DNA of 64,000 nucleotides from Fibrobacterales bacterium (GTDB lineage Bacteria; Fibrobacterota; Fibrobacteria; Fibrobacterales; JAOPTW01): NCBI GenBank assembly GCA_051532035.1, contig JAOPTW010000013.1, positions 96,001 to 160,000 of the forward strand, read 5' to 3'. Shown piece by piece: positions 39,523 to 49,939 of this stretch (position 1 is its first letter; each line of letters starts with the position of its first letter). The notes under the pieces were generated by a model. It saw only the letters and a program-made list of their open reading frames with translations, ran no database searches and was not told where the DNA came from. The position numbers and the translations under genes were made by a program.

Positions 39523-42500
39523 TTAAGGTATTACAATATTTTGCATGACGTGTGGCTGGATAGCGATACTTGGCATCATGACTTGATTTATTAAGCTGTT
39601 GTTTATTGCGATATTATTTTGCAATACTTGATTCATCATACTGTTATTGATTGCGATATTGTTTTGCAATACTTGATTCATTAGACTGTTGTTGATCGCT
39701 GGACTATGCATGCCGAGAACTTGTGAGAACAGATGAGTCAAAGGTGGTTTAACAATCTCAATCTCCATAGTCTTACAACTAACCAAATGTGTTGCATCTT
39801 CAGCGCATACCTTTACAGTATATGTTCCGTCTTTTGAATATGCGTGAGAGAAGATTTTAGCGAAATTACCCAAAAATCCATTAGTAATTGTTTCACTTGT
39901 GCCATCACCATAATCAATATAAATACTGCTAATATTATCTGAAGTACTACCGGTTAAACCAAATTTAATTTCGCTGCCTGAGATTAAAAAGTCGCTGTTC
40001 TGTTCCGGTAATGAAAGTTGAAATGTTGAAACGTCAGGGCGGTTTATAAAGATGTCTTTACATATTTCAGTTAATAGATTGTCCCTTGTGCATATTTTAG
40101 CACTATAATTGCCTGAGGTCTTGTGTGCATGATCTACTAAAAACGTAGTGCCTAAAGAATTATCATTTCGGACAATATTATCACCCAATACCCAATAGGA
40201 TAAATCATGGTAAGTATTGTCACTAAATTCAAGCCAAACATCTTTTAACGGCAAGGCATTTGGAAGATCTAAAGTTATTTCAAATGTTTCTATACTTGAA
40301 TTATGGCCAGCTCTTGATTCTATATGCTTAATGTCTGGTATATTTGCCAGTACGTCAACATTTACTAAAAGCTTCCCTCTCACCTCATTCGTTCGATTCT
40401 CATCCCGAAGAGTTACCTCATATGTATAGGCACCTGGAGACAAGAAAGTTAATAGCATAACATTCTCCAGATCTACCCCACCTCCATCTACCAAAGGAAC
40501 ACCTTTATTCAAATTATTTCCCTTTACACCCAACTCCACACCATCCCGCGCAAGGGGGACAATATTTAAAAATGGATCCGTACTCTTTGCTTGAGGTCCC
40601 TCTCCCGAATTACCACGATAGAAAGACTCCTTAGAGTGCTTTCCATTGAATTTACCGAAATACCCTACTGGAACTGCCCCCAAATAAAACCTTTCAACAT
40701 AATTATCTCTTGTAAGTGGGACAACATCATCATCATCAAAAGCATTCCATTCCTCGCTAAAATCAAATGTAAGAACATCACCATCGATGTAGTAATCCCA
40801 GCCATCTGTACCTGGTTGTGGATCATCAATTAAACAAGCAAGGAAACCCCAACATTTCCAACTATAACCAGTTGCTACAAAAACATACCCTAAGTCTGGA
40901 ATTTCTGTGTAGGTGTATGGGCCGCCGGTATATAAACTACCAAAAGTATTCATTCCTCCCACATTAAATGTCCTTGGTATCTTACCAGAAGGAATTATGA
41001 CCCTATACTCAACATCAATGTTCAAAGTGTTGCAGACATATTTATCATCTAGGGTAGTTATACATAAACCGATGGAATGTATACCTGTTAGCAACAAATC
41101 AAATGACTGTTCAACAGTCTCATATGGATATTTAACTATTTCTCCGTTTGGATTTCCCCATACCCATTCAATTGATTTTTTTTCAACTTTTGGCTTTCCC
41201 TTGAAATAATGTAGTCCAGCAATGCCTATTTGAGGAAAATCAGTATCCCATATTTGATACAATTCGATACCGTTAGAAATGGAAGGTTTACTTGTTGTAT
41301 TTGTATTTGTTAAAGGAGAGTTTATAGGCGGAGCTATAATTTCATCACCGCCAATAATAAGTTTTTTATTAACACACATACCACCAGCATCACCCTCTAG
41401 ACAGGTAGTCACCATGTATTCTCCAGGTTTATCAAAGCTGATAGAAATGCTTTTTTCTGCCTCCTCCCAGCCTGTGTAGTCTTTTTTACCTTCCTCTATA
41501 ACTTCGTTGTCGCTGTTTCTAACTTTAGTAACAGCGACAAGATTGGCACGATTAATTTTTGTGATATTAGTGGTTAGATTGACTTCTTCTCCAGTATTAT
41601 GGGAGTTTCTGTTCATTGTAAATTCGTCTATATGGGCGGGTAATACCGTTTGTTCCCAGATCATAGGTATACTTCGTTTGAGAATTCTACCTGTAAATTG
41701 CTGGTCTCCGTCTAATTCTCTATCCACAAGAGTCATCATACATACCTTTGAAAACATGCGATCATCACTGCTCAGATAATACTCGTCATAAGATAATACT
41801 GAAATATATTCCTGTTCAACACCTCCGAACTTATTACTGCCAACTTGTCTAAAAACACAAATTTTATCAAAATAGACATTGCGCATATCTATGCTGTTGT
41901 CTATATTCATTTTAAAAGCAATAGATTTGAACGAATTATGCATGGGGATTTGTGGCATAATAAAGGTATTTCCCGAGTAAAGATATGGAAATGATACACT
42001 TAATTCCTCTAAGCGTTCTGCTAACAACTCTAAACCTGGATCTAATTGAGGTAATTCCATAAAACTTTTATAATTCTCACCCGCAGTATGAAATGCCCAT
42101 TTGGATATTTTACCTCTCCAATCTAGGTCAATAAAGTTGTCAACAGTTGACATATCCCATTGAAGATAAATTTTCATATTAAAGTCTAAAGTTCCTGTCA
42201 TTTGAGACAACGTTATACATTCTTCTGTAAATGGCATAATTATTCCATTACAGCTATTGCCACCTTCATCTTCCGTATCACTAAAAAAACTTGGCAAATC
42301 ATCAAAGTTTAGTAAATGTAAGTCCTCCATTTTAGGTAAATACTCTCCGAACATTTCATAGGTACAACCACCAAATTCTGGTTTAAAATTACATTCAGCA
42401 GCTACATCCAAATCCGAGAACACATTAACCGACAGCCCACATCTTATATTTGTTAAACCACACACGGGATCTTGAGCAAGGCATAACTGTGGTATTAAAA

Positions 42501-42534
42501 ACAGAAAGAATAGTATACATAAGTTTTTCATCAT
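39523..42534 (-). CDS. Large secreted protein with PKD-like domains and 15-aa-periodic C-terminal tail
   Basis: Signal peptide; Cys-rich N-terminus; PKD-like FDKPGEYMVTTC and IDYGDGTSET..HAYSKDGTYTVKVC; tail with repeated NQVLQNNIAINNS. Confidence 0.85.
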   Translation of the reverse strand: MMKNLCILFFLFLIPQLCLAQDPVCGLTNIRCGLSVNVFSDLDVAAECNFKPEFGGCTYEMFGEYLPKMEDLHLLNFDDLPSFFSDTEDEGGNSCNGIIMPFTEECITLSQMTGTLDFNMKIYLQWDMSTVDNFIDLDWRGKISKWAFHTAGENYKSFMELPQLDPGLELLAERLEELSVSFPYLYSGNTFIMPQIPMHNSFKSIAFKMNIDNSIDMRNVYFDKICVFRQVGSNKFGGVEQEYISVLSYDEYYLSSDDRMFSKVCMMTLVDRELDGDQQFTGRILKRSIPMIWEQTVLPAHIDEFTMNRNSHNTGEEVNLTTNITKINRANLVAVTKVRNSDNEVIEEGKKDYTGWEEAEKSISISFDKPGEYMVTTCLEGDAGGMCVNKKLIIGGDEIIAPPINSPLTNTNTTSKPSISNGIELYQIWDTDFPQIGIAGLHYFKGKPKVEKKSIEWVWGNPNGEIVKYPYETVEQSFDLLLTGIHSIGLCITTLDDKYVCNTLNIDVEYRVIIPSGKIPRTFNVGGMNTFGSLYTGGPYTYTEIPDLGYVFVATGYSWKCWGFLACLIDDPQPGTDGWDYYIDGDVLTFDFSEEWNAFDDDDVVPLTRDNYVERFYLGAVPVGYFGKFNGKHSKESFYRGNSGEGPQAKSTDPFLNIVPLARDGVELGVKGNNLNKGVPLVDGGGVDLENVMLLTFLSPGAYTYEVTLRDENRTNEVRGKLLVNVDVLANIPDIKHIESRAGHNSSIETFEITLDLPNALPLKDVWLEFSDNTYHDLSYWVLGDNIVRNDNSLGTTFLVDHAHKTSGNYSAKICTRDNLLTEICKDIFINRPDVSTFQLSLPEQNSDFLISGSEIKFGLTGSTSDNISSIYIDYGDGTSETITNGFLGNFAKIFSHAYSKDGTYTVKVCAEDATHLVSCKTMEIEIVKPPLTHLFSQVLGMHSPAINNSLMNQVLQNNIAINNSMMNQVLQNNIAINNSLINQVMMPSIAIQPHVMQNIVIP

Positions 42535-42953
42535 AGTTCCTTAAAGCCTTATATATCGAATGCTCTCTAAGCCAAAACGAGATATAAAGAATAAAATTAA
42601 AAGTATTAGTTTCCGAAATCCTTACTTCATATTCAAAAACCAACATCTGTGGTTTGGTAACTATCACACCAATAACACATAAATCGAGACCAAAGTAAAA
42701 ACCGACTAAGCTCATTACAAGACTTTTCATACTCCTTTACAGGTTACTGTTCACACTGTTTGATTATAATAACACCATTTTGTATGAACAATCCTATTGG
42801 CAAGCACCTTGGTAAGCAGTTATAGAATCTCCTGAAACTAAAGATGCATTACCAACAAACTTGTCTATTACAAATACATTCCCTACGCACTCCCCTTCTC
42901 AAACATCCCTTAAAGCCTACTGTTACTATCATTAGACGATTAGCGGGCGCAGA

Positions 42954-43178
42954 ATAACTGCAAGGTATGCGGATGTAAAATCAACTATGGAAAATATTCT
43001 GTGAGCTTTGTAAGGCAAACTTTTACCATTGATAATAGCAATGACACTATTTTTTCATAGTTGCTTACCGAGGTGGTGTTGCTAAGATGATGTTGTTTAT
43101 GCGATCATTATGGTAGTCTCAATTTTGAGATATTTTCTTTTTTGGGGAGTACCGTCGATGACGCACACCACATATTAC
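42954..43178 (+). repeat. Direct repeat B, copy 2
   Basis: Near-identical to 37172-37395 for ~165 bp, then more diverged. Confidence 0.92.
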
Positions 43179-43256
43179 AGTATGCAGCGCATAAGAGTCA
43201 AATAGATCGTGATGGTGTACAACGATATACTTGACCAGACGATAACTAATGGTCCC

Positions 43257-44399
43257 TTATCTTTTAAATATCATGTCTTCATTAACATGAGGTTCAATAG
43301 GTTCTTGAAACCAATTTTTCATTTCTCCCAATGTTATGCCCACGACTAATGAGAGTCTTGCGATATAAGATTTTTTGAAACTTTGATTACGGAAGCTGTA
43401 GTATACATCACCCTCATATCCAAAACATCTAGATACTGGGTAATATATCCCTAAACCAGTACTGTGCGTAAATTTTCTATAACGCTCCTTGTCAATCTGA
43501 TATCCAATTGAATAATAAAATTTCTTTACTTTAAATTTATAATCAAATAAGTTGTTCAAATAATAGCGGAAGTTAATGTTAATGTCTGATGGAGGCCAAT
43601 GCACTCCTACATGAAGCATCGGAAGTAGACCAGTAAAAAAATCAGTTGAAAAATTAAAAAAGAAATCGCCCAACTCTTTATTCCCAATTGACCATTGTAA
43701 TTCTCTAAAATTATAGGTTCTTGAAATAACATTAGATATTTTTGCCTTTGAAACTTTTAATGATGTCGCGACAACAGTACCAGTCTTTGTATCGATAACC
43801 AAACTATCTGTTACCGTTTTTGGCGTGAGGATAGTACGGTCGATTGTGTACCCCAATTGGCCAGAAGGGGCTCCCCCTGCTATTGAAAAAAGAACAACCG
43901 CAGATAGAGAAAGGGGAAATGTCACCTTATTAATCATTTCAAGGGTTTGGATACTATCTTCAACATGGTTATACCTCGATGAATCAAGTACACTAGATAT
44001 CTCTGTATAGAGCTTAATGGTGTCTGCTAATAATTTTAATCTGGTGGGAATAAAAATATGCTCATTTATTGCATAAGAGACAATTGATGCTTGCATAAAG
44101 TCGAGCACCTGTTTGCCCTCAAACACCATAAGCCCCGTTGTATCAGGAGTTCCGTTCAGTAATACTCTATTCTCTGTAATAGTGTATTTAGATTGATTTT
44201 CTAAGGAATCTACTCTGAATATTTTGTATTCAGCAGTGAGTGTTTTTGAAAACACTGCAGTGGTACACATTAAAATTAATAAACAAGCAATATGTTTCAT
44301 GATATATAGGGGTTCATAATCTTTGTTTAAAGTTAGAAAACATTGATACAAACAGATTTTCTTATCAACCTTATTAAGATTTACGACGTCATCACTCAT
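43257..44399 (-). CDS. Hypothetical exported protein; likely start at the internal MKHIACLL (44300)
   Basis: Signal peptide MKHIACLLILMCTTAVFS; aromatic-rich barrel-like C-terminal region. Confidence 0.65.
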   Translation of the reverse strand: MSDDVVNLNKVDKKICLYQCFLTLNKDYEPLYIMKHIACLLILMCTTAVFSKTLTAEYKIFRVDSLENQSKYTITENRVLLNGTPDTTGLMVFEGKQVLDFMQASIVSYAINEHIFIPTRLKLLADTIKLYTEISSVLDSSRYNHVEDSIQTLEMINKVTFPLSLSAVVLFSIAGGAPSGQLGYTIDRTILTPKTVTDSLVIDTKTGTVVATSLKVSKAKISNVISRTYNFRELQWSIGNKELGDFFFNFSTDFFTGLLPMLHVGVHWPPSDININFRYYLNNLFDYKFKVKKFYYSIGYQIDKERYRKFTHSTGLGIYYPVSRCFGYEGDVYYSFRNQSFKKSYIARLSLVVGITLGEMKNWFQEPIEPHVNEDMIFKR

Positions 44400-44625
44400 T
44401 ATTGCTTCAACGGTTTAGTTGAGTTTTCTTTTTGGATTATACGCCAACGCTTACCCATGGTAAACATTAACAATCTATACTGATGTTTCTACTATTAGCC
44501 TCCTGTAAACCCCTATACCATTGATACTATTATCGAGGAACAACATAATCAAATAGATGCCTCCCTTGTACTTGAGCGTTCTATTAACTGCCCTGTTATC
44601 GATTAATGTACCCTAGGAAAACACT

Positions 44626-45063
44626 ATGCTCAAAACCATATCCTTCATCACCACATCCCTATTCATAGCATTAACCACCCAGGCATGCATCTTTTCAGAC
44701 GGGCCAACCGCTTCAAAAACTCCCCTGGCTACAGAAGAACTAACTCTGGCCTTAAAAAGTTGCCCCGACACCACCAGTACCGAAACAATTACATCTCTCA
44801 AAAAAATATCGGCAGTGAACCAATCATACCAGATTAATACCACTATCAATATCTATGATGAAACAGGAACATTTATCAGCAATGAACAATATAGCGCTAC
44901 CATAAATCCAAATGTACAATCCAATCGAAGCTTTACTCCTAATTACTATCAGCCCCTCGCCAACAAAGAATCAGGCTTTTATATTTTCAAAACAACTGTC
45001 GCCGTCGAAGGAGGAAGTGAACAAACCAGGCTTGACTGTATTTATTGGGTTGCATCCGAGTAG
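44626..45063 (+). CDS. Small hypothetical lipoprotein
   Basis: AGGA RBS; leader ending LTTQAC; INIYDETG...SGFYIFK resembles a sorting-domain-like beta sandwich. Confidence 0.7.
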   Translation: MLKTISFITTSLFIALTTQACIFSDGPTASKTPLATEELTLALKSCPDTTSTETITSLKKISAVNQSYQINTTINIYDETGTFISNEQYSATINPNVQSNRSFTPNYYQPLANKESGFYIFKTTVAVEGGSEQTRLDCIYWVASE

Positions 45064-45161
45064 TCCAAAATCATCCCACTTGACTAACTGGGCAAGGTGG
45101 CTCAAATAAGCGGCCACTATACTACTCCATTCTTCCCATTATTAAAGTACCCTCATAACTA

Positions 45162-45560
45162 CTCAGCAACAATTTTGACCTGCACACAAATCCGGAACCA
45201 TTTCTCAGCAACAATTTTGACCTGCACTCAAATCCGGAACCATTTCTCGGCAATAATTTTGCCCGGAACTCAATCCGGAACCATTTCTCAGCAACAATTT
45301 TGACCTAAACTCAAATCCAGAACCATTTCTCAGCAACAATTTAGCCCGGCACTCAATCCGGAACCATTTCTCGGCAACAATTTAGCCCGGCACTCAATCC
45401 GGAACTATTTCTCAGCAACAATTTAGCCCTAAACTCAAATCCGGAACCATTTCTCAGCAACAATTTTGACCTACACTCAATCCGGAACCATTTCTTAGCA
45501 ACAATTTTGCCCTAAACTCAAATCCGGAACCATTTCTCGGCAACAATTTTGCCCTGCACT
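45162..45560. repeat. Non-coding tandem array of nine full 41/42-bp units plus one partial unit
   Basis: Consensus CTCAGCAACAATTTTGNCCNNNACTCAA(A)TCCGGAACCATTT; units start at 45162, 45204, 45246, 45287, 45329, 45370, 45411, 45453, 45494 and 45536. Confidence 0.95.
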
Positions 45561-46006
45561 GTAATTCCATGTACCATCCACTCATTATATTTGCCTCAGA
45601 GTTACATTCTACATAGATACCGCATCAATGGCTGATTGCACAATCACAAAGAGAGCCTATCTTGTCAAACAACCTTGTAAACTAAAACAAGAAGGATACA
45701 ATTATAGGCCCGTGTACAGCATTGAAAAATAATTTCCCAATTAATTCTGAGAGCTCCTTGTATAATTTTCATTATCAGAGTACCGTTTATGAATCGTATT
45801 GTATAAAACTTCCCTCAATGCTCAATATTCACAAATTGCTAGCCACCGATTTGCAAGGGAAAGTATCAATTTAAATAAAGTTTTATTCATGTTGTTGTTA
45901 CACAAATATCCTGAGAGACGTCTAATGTGTGTTAATTGACTGATTCTCTTTTTATTTGGCTCAGGGAATCAGTTCGCAATGTATGAGCCTATAGGGTAAC
46001 ACCATA

Positions 46007-46945
46007 ATGACAAAGAATAATAAAGAAACAAAAACGATTGAATCTATTACACCTGAAACTTCAGCTACTGTTAATCCAATCAACTACGAAGTGATTTATA
46101 ATGAAGATCTTGATCTTATCAAAAACACAAAAATTGAAAAATACTGTAAGCCTGGTATGAAAATGGATATCTATCTCGAAGAGGCTGAAGGGTACTATGA
46201 AATTCTCATGCGTAGGTTTGATGAGATGAGCACAGAGGGCTTTAAGCAAGAGACAGCCGACCTTTTGTATCGTCGCATTGCTTCTGCTCGTATTGCTCAG
46301 GCAAATATGAATACGAAGGAAGGTGCTGAGCCTAATGAAGAGAGCTGGCCTCATATCTTTGCCGAAGCTAAAAAGTTGAGAACTCGGTTACTCAGTCGCG
46401 TTAAATTTGTGTGTGCCAACGACGCCAATCGAAAAGAGATTGTACGTAAAATATCTGACGGGAGCAGAATCAGTGATACTATTCAAGATCTTTTTGACCT
46501 CGGTAGAATTGGTAAACAGATGATTTCTGAATTAGCAGAGGTAAAGGTTACAGTGCAAGAACTAGACCGTGCTATTGAGCTTGGGTCTGTTCTTGGGAGA
46601 AAGCATAAGAGTTCAACAATTGATGGTACTACTTATTCTGAACCCCGTATCATCAGAGATACTGCGGTTACCCTATTGGAAGAGTCAATTAAATATCTTC
46701 GCACCTGGACAGAGATGGTCTATATCGAGGACAGAGAGACAAAGAGTCAATTTTACAGCAAACAATTGCGCTTAAAAGCACAGGCACAGGCACAGGCACA
46801 AAAATCAAAAACAATCATACCAGAAGATTTGCTCGAAGTTTCAATGCCTGAAGAAGAGGTCGATACTTTAATTCCTAAGCATACTCATTCAGAATCTGAT
46901 ACGGATATCGATACAAACACTGAGGAGGCATCAGACGCAGCATAG
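46007..46945 (+). CDS. Hypothetical cytoplasmic all-alpha protein with acidic tail
   Basis: 312-aa ORF, no signal peptide, amphipathic helices (MDIYLEEAE, DTIQDLFDL, RIIRDTAVTLLEESIKYLR); has its own terminator. Confidence 0.75.
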   Translation: MTKNNKETKTIESITPETSATVNPINYEVIYNEDLDLIKNTKIEKYCKPGMKMDIYLEEAEGYYEILMRRFDEMSTEGFKQETADLLYRRIASARIAQANMNTKEGAEPNEESWPHIFAEAKKLRTRLLSRVKFVCANDANRKEIVRKISDGSRISDTIQDLFDLGRIGKQMISELAEVKVTVQELDRAIELGSVLGRKHKSSTIDGTTYSEPRIIRDTAVTLLEESIKYLRTWTEMVYIEDRETKSQFYSKQLRLKAQAQAQAQKSKTIIPEDLLEVSMPEEEVDTLIPKHTHSESDTDIDTNTEEASDAA

Positions 46946-46982
46946 TAGGTCGTTTAACGGTGTATACTTTTAAACGCACCAG

Positions 46983-47022
46983 AAAAAAAGGTGAGGATTG
47001 GTCTGACCCTCACCTTTTTTTT
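46983..47022 (+). terminator. Rho-independent terminator
   Basis: AAAAAAAGGTGAGG...CCTCACCTTTTTTTT. Confidence 0.85.
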
Positions 47023-47097
47023 CACCTTTTGATTATATCATGTAACCTTTTCATTAATAGCAACGTCTAACCCTTGGGTACACAAATAAGGGATACT

Positions 47098-47319
47098 ATG
47101 ATTTTAAAACTATCAATACCAATGGTAGCAGCAGCGTTACTTCAGTCATGCTTTATAAATAATGATGACTCACCCAATAATGATTCTGTTGGCATAAGCA
47201 GTACAACTAACAAGATACAGATTCACCCATTACCAACAGATACAATAAAAGGGACACTAGTATTCCCTGGTATGTCTTCTGATAATTCAAGTTCTTCAAC
47301 TTCATCAAGTGACATGTAG
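47098..47319 (+). pseudogene. Short or truncated lipoprotein ending inside a Ser-rich linker
   Basis: MILKLSIPMVAAALLQSC lipobox; stop follows SSSSTSSSDM; ~200 bp of interrupted sequence lies between it and the terminator. Confidence 0.45.
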
Positions 47320-47539
47320 CCCAGTTCTGGTAAATACGTATAGATACCCTGATGAAATCCGGCTTATCCAGGTCTCTGTATAGTGGCTGAACATATGAGA
47401 CAACCGAAACCGATATTTTAGTTAGATATATCCGTGATCAGGTCATTACACTCGTCCAGTATCCTTGTAGATGATTGAATGCGGCACCATGCCACATAAC
47501 GAGGCCATAGAATAACCCAAATTTTGAATCAGGATTTAC

Positions 47540-47573
47540 AAAAAAAGCCGAGCATCGTTGCTCGGCTTTTTTT
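47540..47573. terminator. Bidirectional terminator (icd)
   Basis: AAAAAAAGCCGAGCA-TCGT-TGCTCGGCTTTTTTT. Confidence 0.88.
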
Positions 47574-47597
47574 GGGTATTTCTGTATGTAACAGCTA

Positions 47598-49826
47598 TTA
47601 AGCAATACCGCTCAGTATCTCAGTAAACAAAGCACTCGGGCGCATTGCCTGAGCAAGCTTGGCATCACTCGGAAGGTAATACCCACCAAGATCGATAGCG
47701 TTACCCTGCGTACTATTCAGCTGTTGTACAATCTCAGCTTCTTGTTCTTTAAGCGCTTTAGCTATAGGTGCAAAGAGCGCCTGTAGTTCTGTACTAGCCT
47801 CTTGAGCTGCCAGTGCTTCTGCCCAATACATGGTCACATAATAGTGTGAAGTACGGGTGTCCATATCGTTCACTTTTGGCTTGGGTGATTTGTTTTCGGC
47901 GAGGTATTTCTCATTCGCCTTATTCAGAGCTTCTGCAAGTACTGTCGCGTTGGCGTTATTCTGATCTGCACCAAAAGTTTCTAACGACACTGCCAGTGCC
48001 AAATACTCTCCGAGAGAATCCCAACGTAAGTGTCCTTCTTTGACCAACTGCTGTATGTGTTTTGGTGCACTGCCGCCTGCTCCTGTCTCAAATAGCGTTC
48101 CTCCTTCGAGGAGTGGCACGATAGAGAGCATTTTTGCACTGGTACCTACTTCTAATATAGGGAACAGATCGGTTAAATAGTCACGGAGTACGTTGCCGGT
48201 TACTGAGATAGTATCTTCACCCTTACGGCAGCGCTCTAATGAAAAGCGACAGGCTTCTTCTGGTGATTTAATACTGATGTCAGCACCATTCAGATCGGTT
48301 TTCGATAAGTAGTCTTTAACCATAGTAATAAGGTTGTTATCATGCGCTCGTTCTGGGCTGAGCCAAAATACTGTAGGAGTCCCTGTAGCTTGAGCACGTT
48401 TTACCGCGTATTGAATCCAATCTTGTATAGCTACATCTTTTGTCTGACACATTCTCCAGATATCACCATCCTCAACATTGTTTCCTAACAATACTGCGCC
48501 ATTGCTATCAACAACACGAACCGTACCTTTTCCAGAAATCTTAAATGTCTTATCATGGGACCCATATTCTTCTGCTTTTTTTGCCATAAGGCCTAGGTTA
48601 GAGACACTCCCCATGGTGGTCACATCAAATGCACCATGCTCTTTACAGAAGTCTACAACCTCTTGAAAGATACCTGCATAACACGCGTCTGGTATGAGTG
48701 CTTTTGTTTCGTGGAGCTGACCGTCAGGTCCCCACATTTTGCCGCCTGCACGAATCATAGCAGGCATTGAGGCATCAATAATCACATCACTGGGTACGTC
48801 TAGATTGGTTATTCCGAGGTCTGAGTTAACCATAGCAAGGTCTGGACCCTGCTCAAGGCACTGTGCAATACCTTTTTCAATAGCTATTCTCTTATCATCA
48901 GGGAGATCCTGAATCTTATTTTTTATATCACCAAGTCCGAGAGAGGGGCTGATACCGAGTGCTTTAAATTCTGCAGCATACTCTGTAAAGAGGCTTGCAA
49001 AATAGGTAGTAACCGCATGTCCAAATATGATTGGGTCAGAAACCTTCATCATGGTGGCTTTTAAATGTACCGATGCGAGGAGTCCTTTGGACTGTGCATC
49101 ATTAAACTCTTTTTTAAAAAAGCTATCGAGCGCTTTGCTACTCAAGTAGCTAATGTCTATCACCTCTTTTTTAAGAAGCGGTAACTCTTTTTTGAGTACG
49201 GTTACAGAACCGTCACTCTGAGTAAATTCTATGGATGCAACAGTATCTTGAGCAACAACCAGCGACTGTTCAGTAGAGAAGAAATCACCGGTACCCATAG
49301 TAGCAACATGACTCTCAGTTGCACTGCTCCAGTCTCCCATTGAGTGTGGATGTGTTTGCGCATACGACTTTACCGCACTTGGTACGCGTCTATCAGAGTT
49401 ACCCTCACGAAGTACCGGGTTTACCGCACTCCCTAACACCGCTGTGTAACGATCTTTAATACTTTGTTCAGTATCATTTTGAGGTGCATCTGGGTACGCA
49501 GGCACCGCATAGCCAGCAGCCTGTAGTTCTGCAATTGCTGCTTTAAGTTGAGGAATTGATGCACTGATATTGGGTAACTTAATAACATTGGCACCTGGTT
49601 GCTTTACCAGTTTACCGAGTTCACCCAAGGCATCTTCAATGACCTGCTCAGGCTTGAGTAATTCAGGGAATTTCGCAATGATTCTACTCGCAAGAGAGAT
49701 ATCTTTTAACACTAATGGAATGCCCGCAGATTTTAGAAACGCTTCGATAACCGGTAAAAACGATATGGTTCCGAGGAAAGGCGCTTCATCTGTTTTGGTA
49801 TAATAAATTTTTGATTGTTCACTCAT
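47598..49826 (-). CDS. icd: Monomeric NADP-dependent isocitrate dehydrogenase
   Basis: [56 protein letters not shown]; 742 aa. Confidence 0.97.
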   Translation of the reverse strand: MSEQSKIYYTKTDEAPFLGTISFLPVIEAFLKSAGIPLVLKDISLASRIIAKFPELLKPEQVIEDALGELGKLVKQPGANVIKLPNISASIPQLKAAIAELQAAGYAVPAYPDAPQNDTEQSIKDRYTAVLGSAVNPVLREGNSDRRVPSAVKSYAQTHPHSMGDWSSATESHVATMGTGDFFSTEQSLVVAQDTVASIEFTQSDGSVTVLKKELPLLKKEVIDISYLSSKALDSFFKKEFNDAQSKGLLASVHLKATMMKVSDPIIFGHAVTTYFASLFTEYAAEFKALGISPSLGLGDIKNKIQDLPDDKRIAIEKGIAQCLEQGPDLAMVNSDLGITNLDVPSDVIIDASMPAMIRAGGKMWGPDGQLHETKALIPDACYAGIFQEVVDFCKEHGAFDVTTMGSVSNLGLMAKKAEEYGSHDKTFKISGKGTVRVVDSNGAVLLGNNVEDGDIWRMCQTKDVAIQDWIQYAVKRAQATGTPTVFWLSPERAHDNNLITMVKDYLSKTDLNGADISIKSPEEACRFSLERCRKGEDTISVTGNVLRDYLTDLFPILEVGTSAKMLSIVPLLEGGTLFETGAGGSAPKHIQQLVKEGHLRWDSLGEYLALAVSLETFGADQNNANATVLAEALNKANEKYLAENKSPKPKVNDMDTRTSHYYVTMYWAEALAAQEASTELQALFAPIAKALKEQEAEIVQQLNSTQGNAIDLGGYYLPSDAKLAQAMRPSALFTEILSGIA

Positions 49827-49939
49827 AGTATCTCTTAGTTCTTTTTCGTGTTTGTGTTTAAATATAAGAACTCAGAGAGATATTTTAATTGAAGAGTGTA
49901 CCCTTTTGACGAAATTCCACACTTATCATCTGTTAATTA

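Noticed and set aside
42425..42730. 101-aa ORF overlapping the PKD gene start
   Set aside because: It overlaps by 110 nt in another frame and has no recognisable motif. It may be a decayed gene, but I cannot support that.
45097..45303. 68-aa ORF across the tandem array
   Set aside because: It is a by-product of the repeats; the 41-bp units shift the frame and it terminates within the array.
45162..45560. CRISPR array or TIGR-like guide array
   Set aside because: There are no unique spacers. The variable core is only ~7 nt and reuses the same few variants, and no cas or Nop-domain gene is recognisable nearby.
30064..47573. AAAGCCGAG...CTCGGCTT hairpins (30064, 38143, 47540) as a REP family
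   Set aside because: Two copies come from the duplication, and all sit at convergent gene ends, so they are ordinary terminators.
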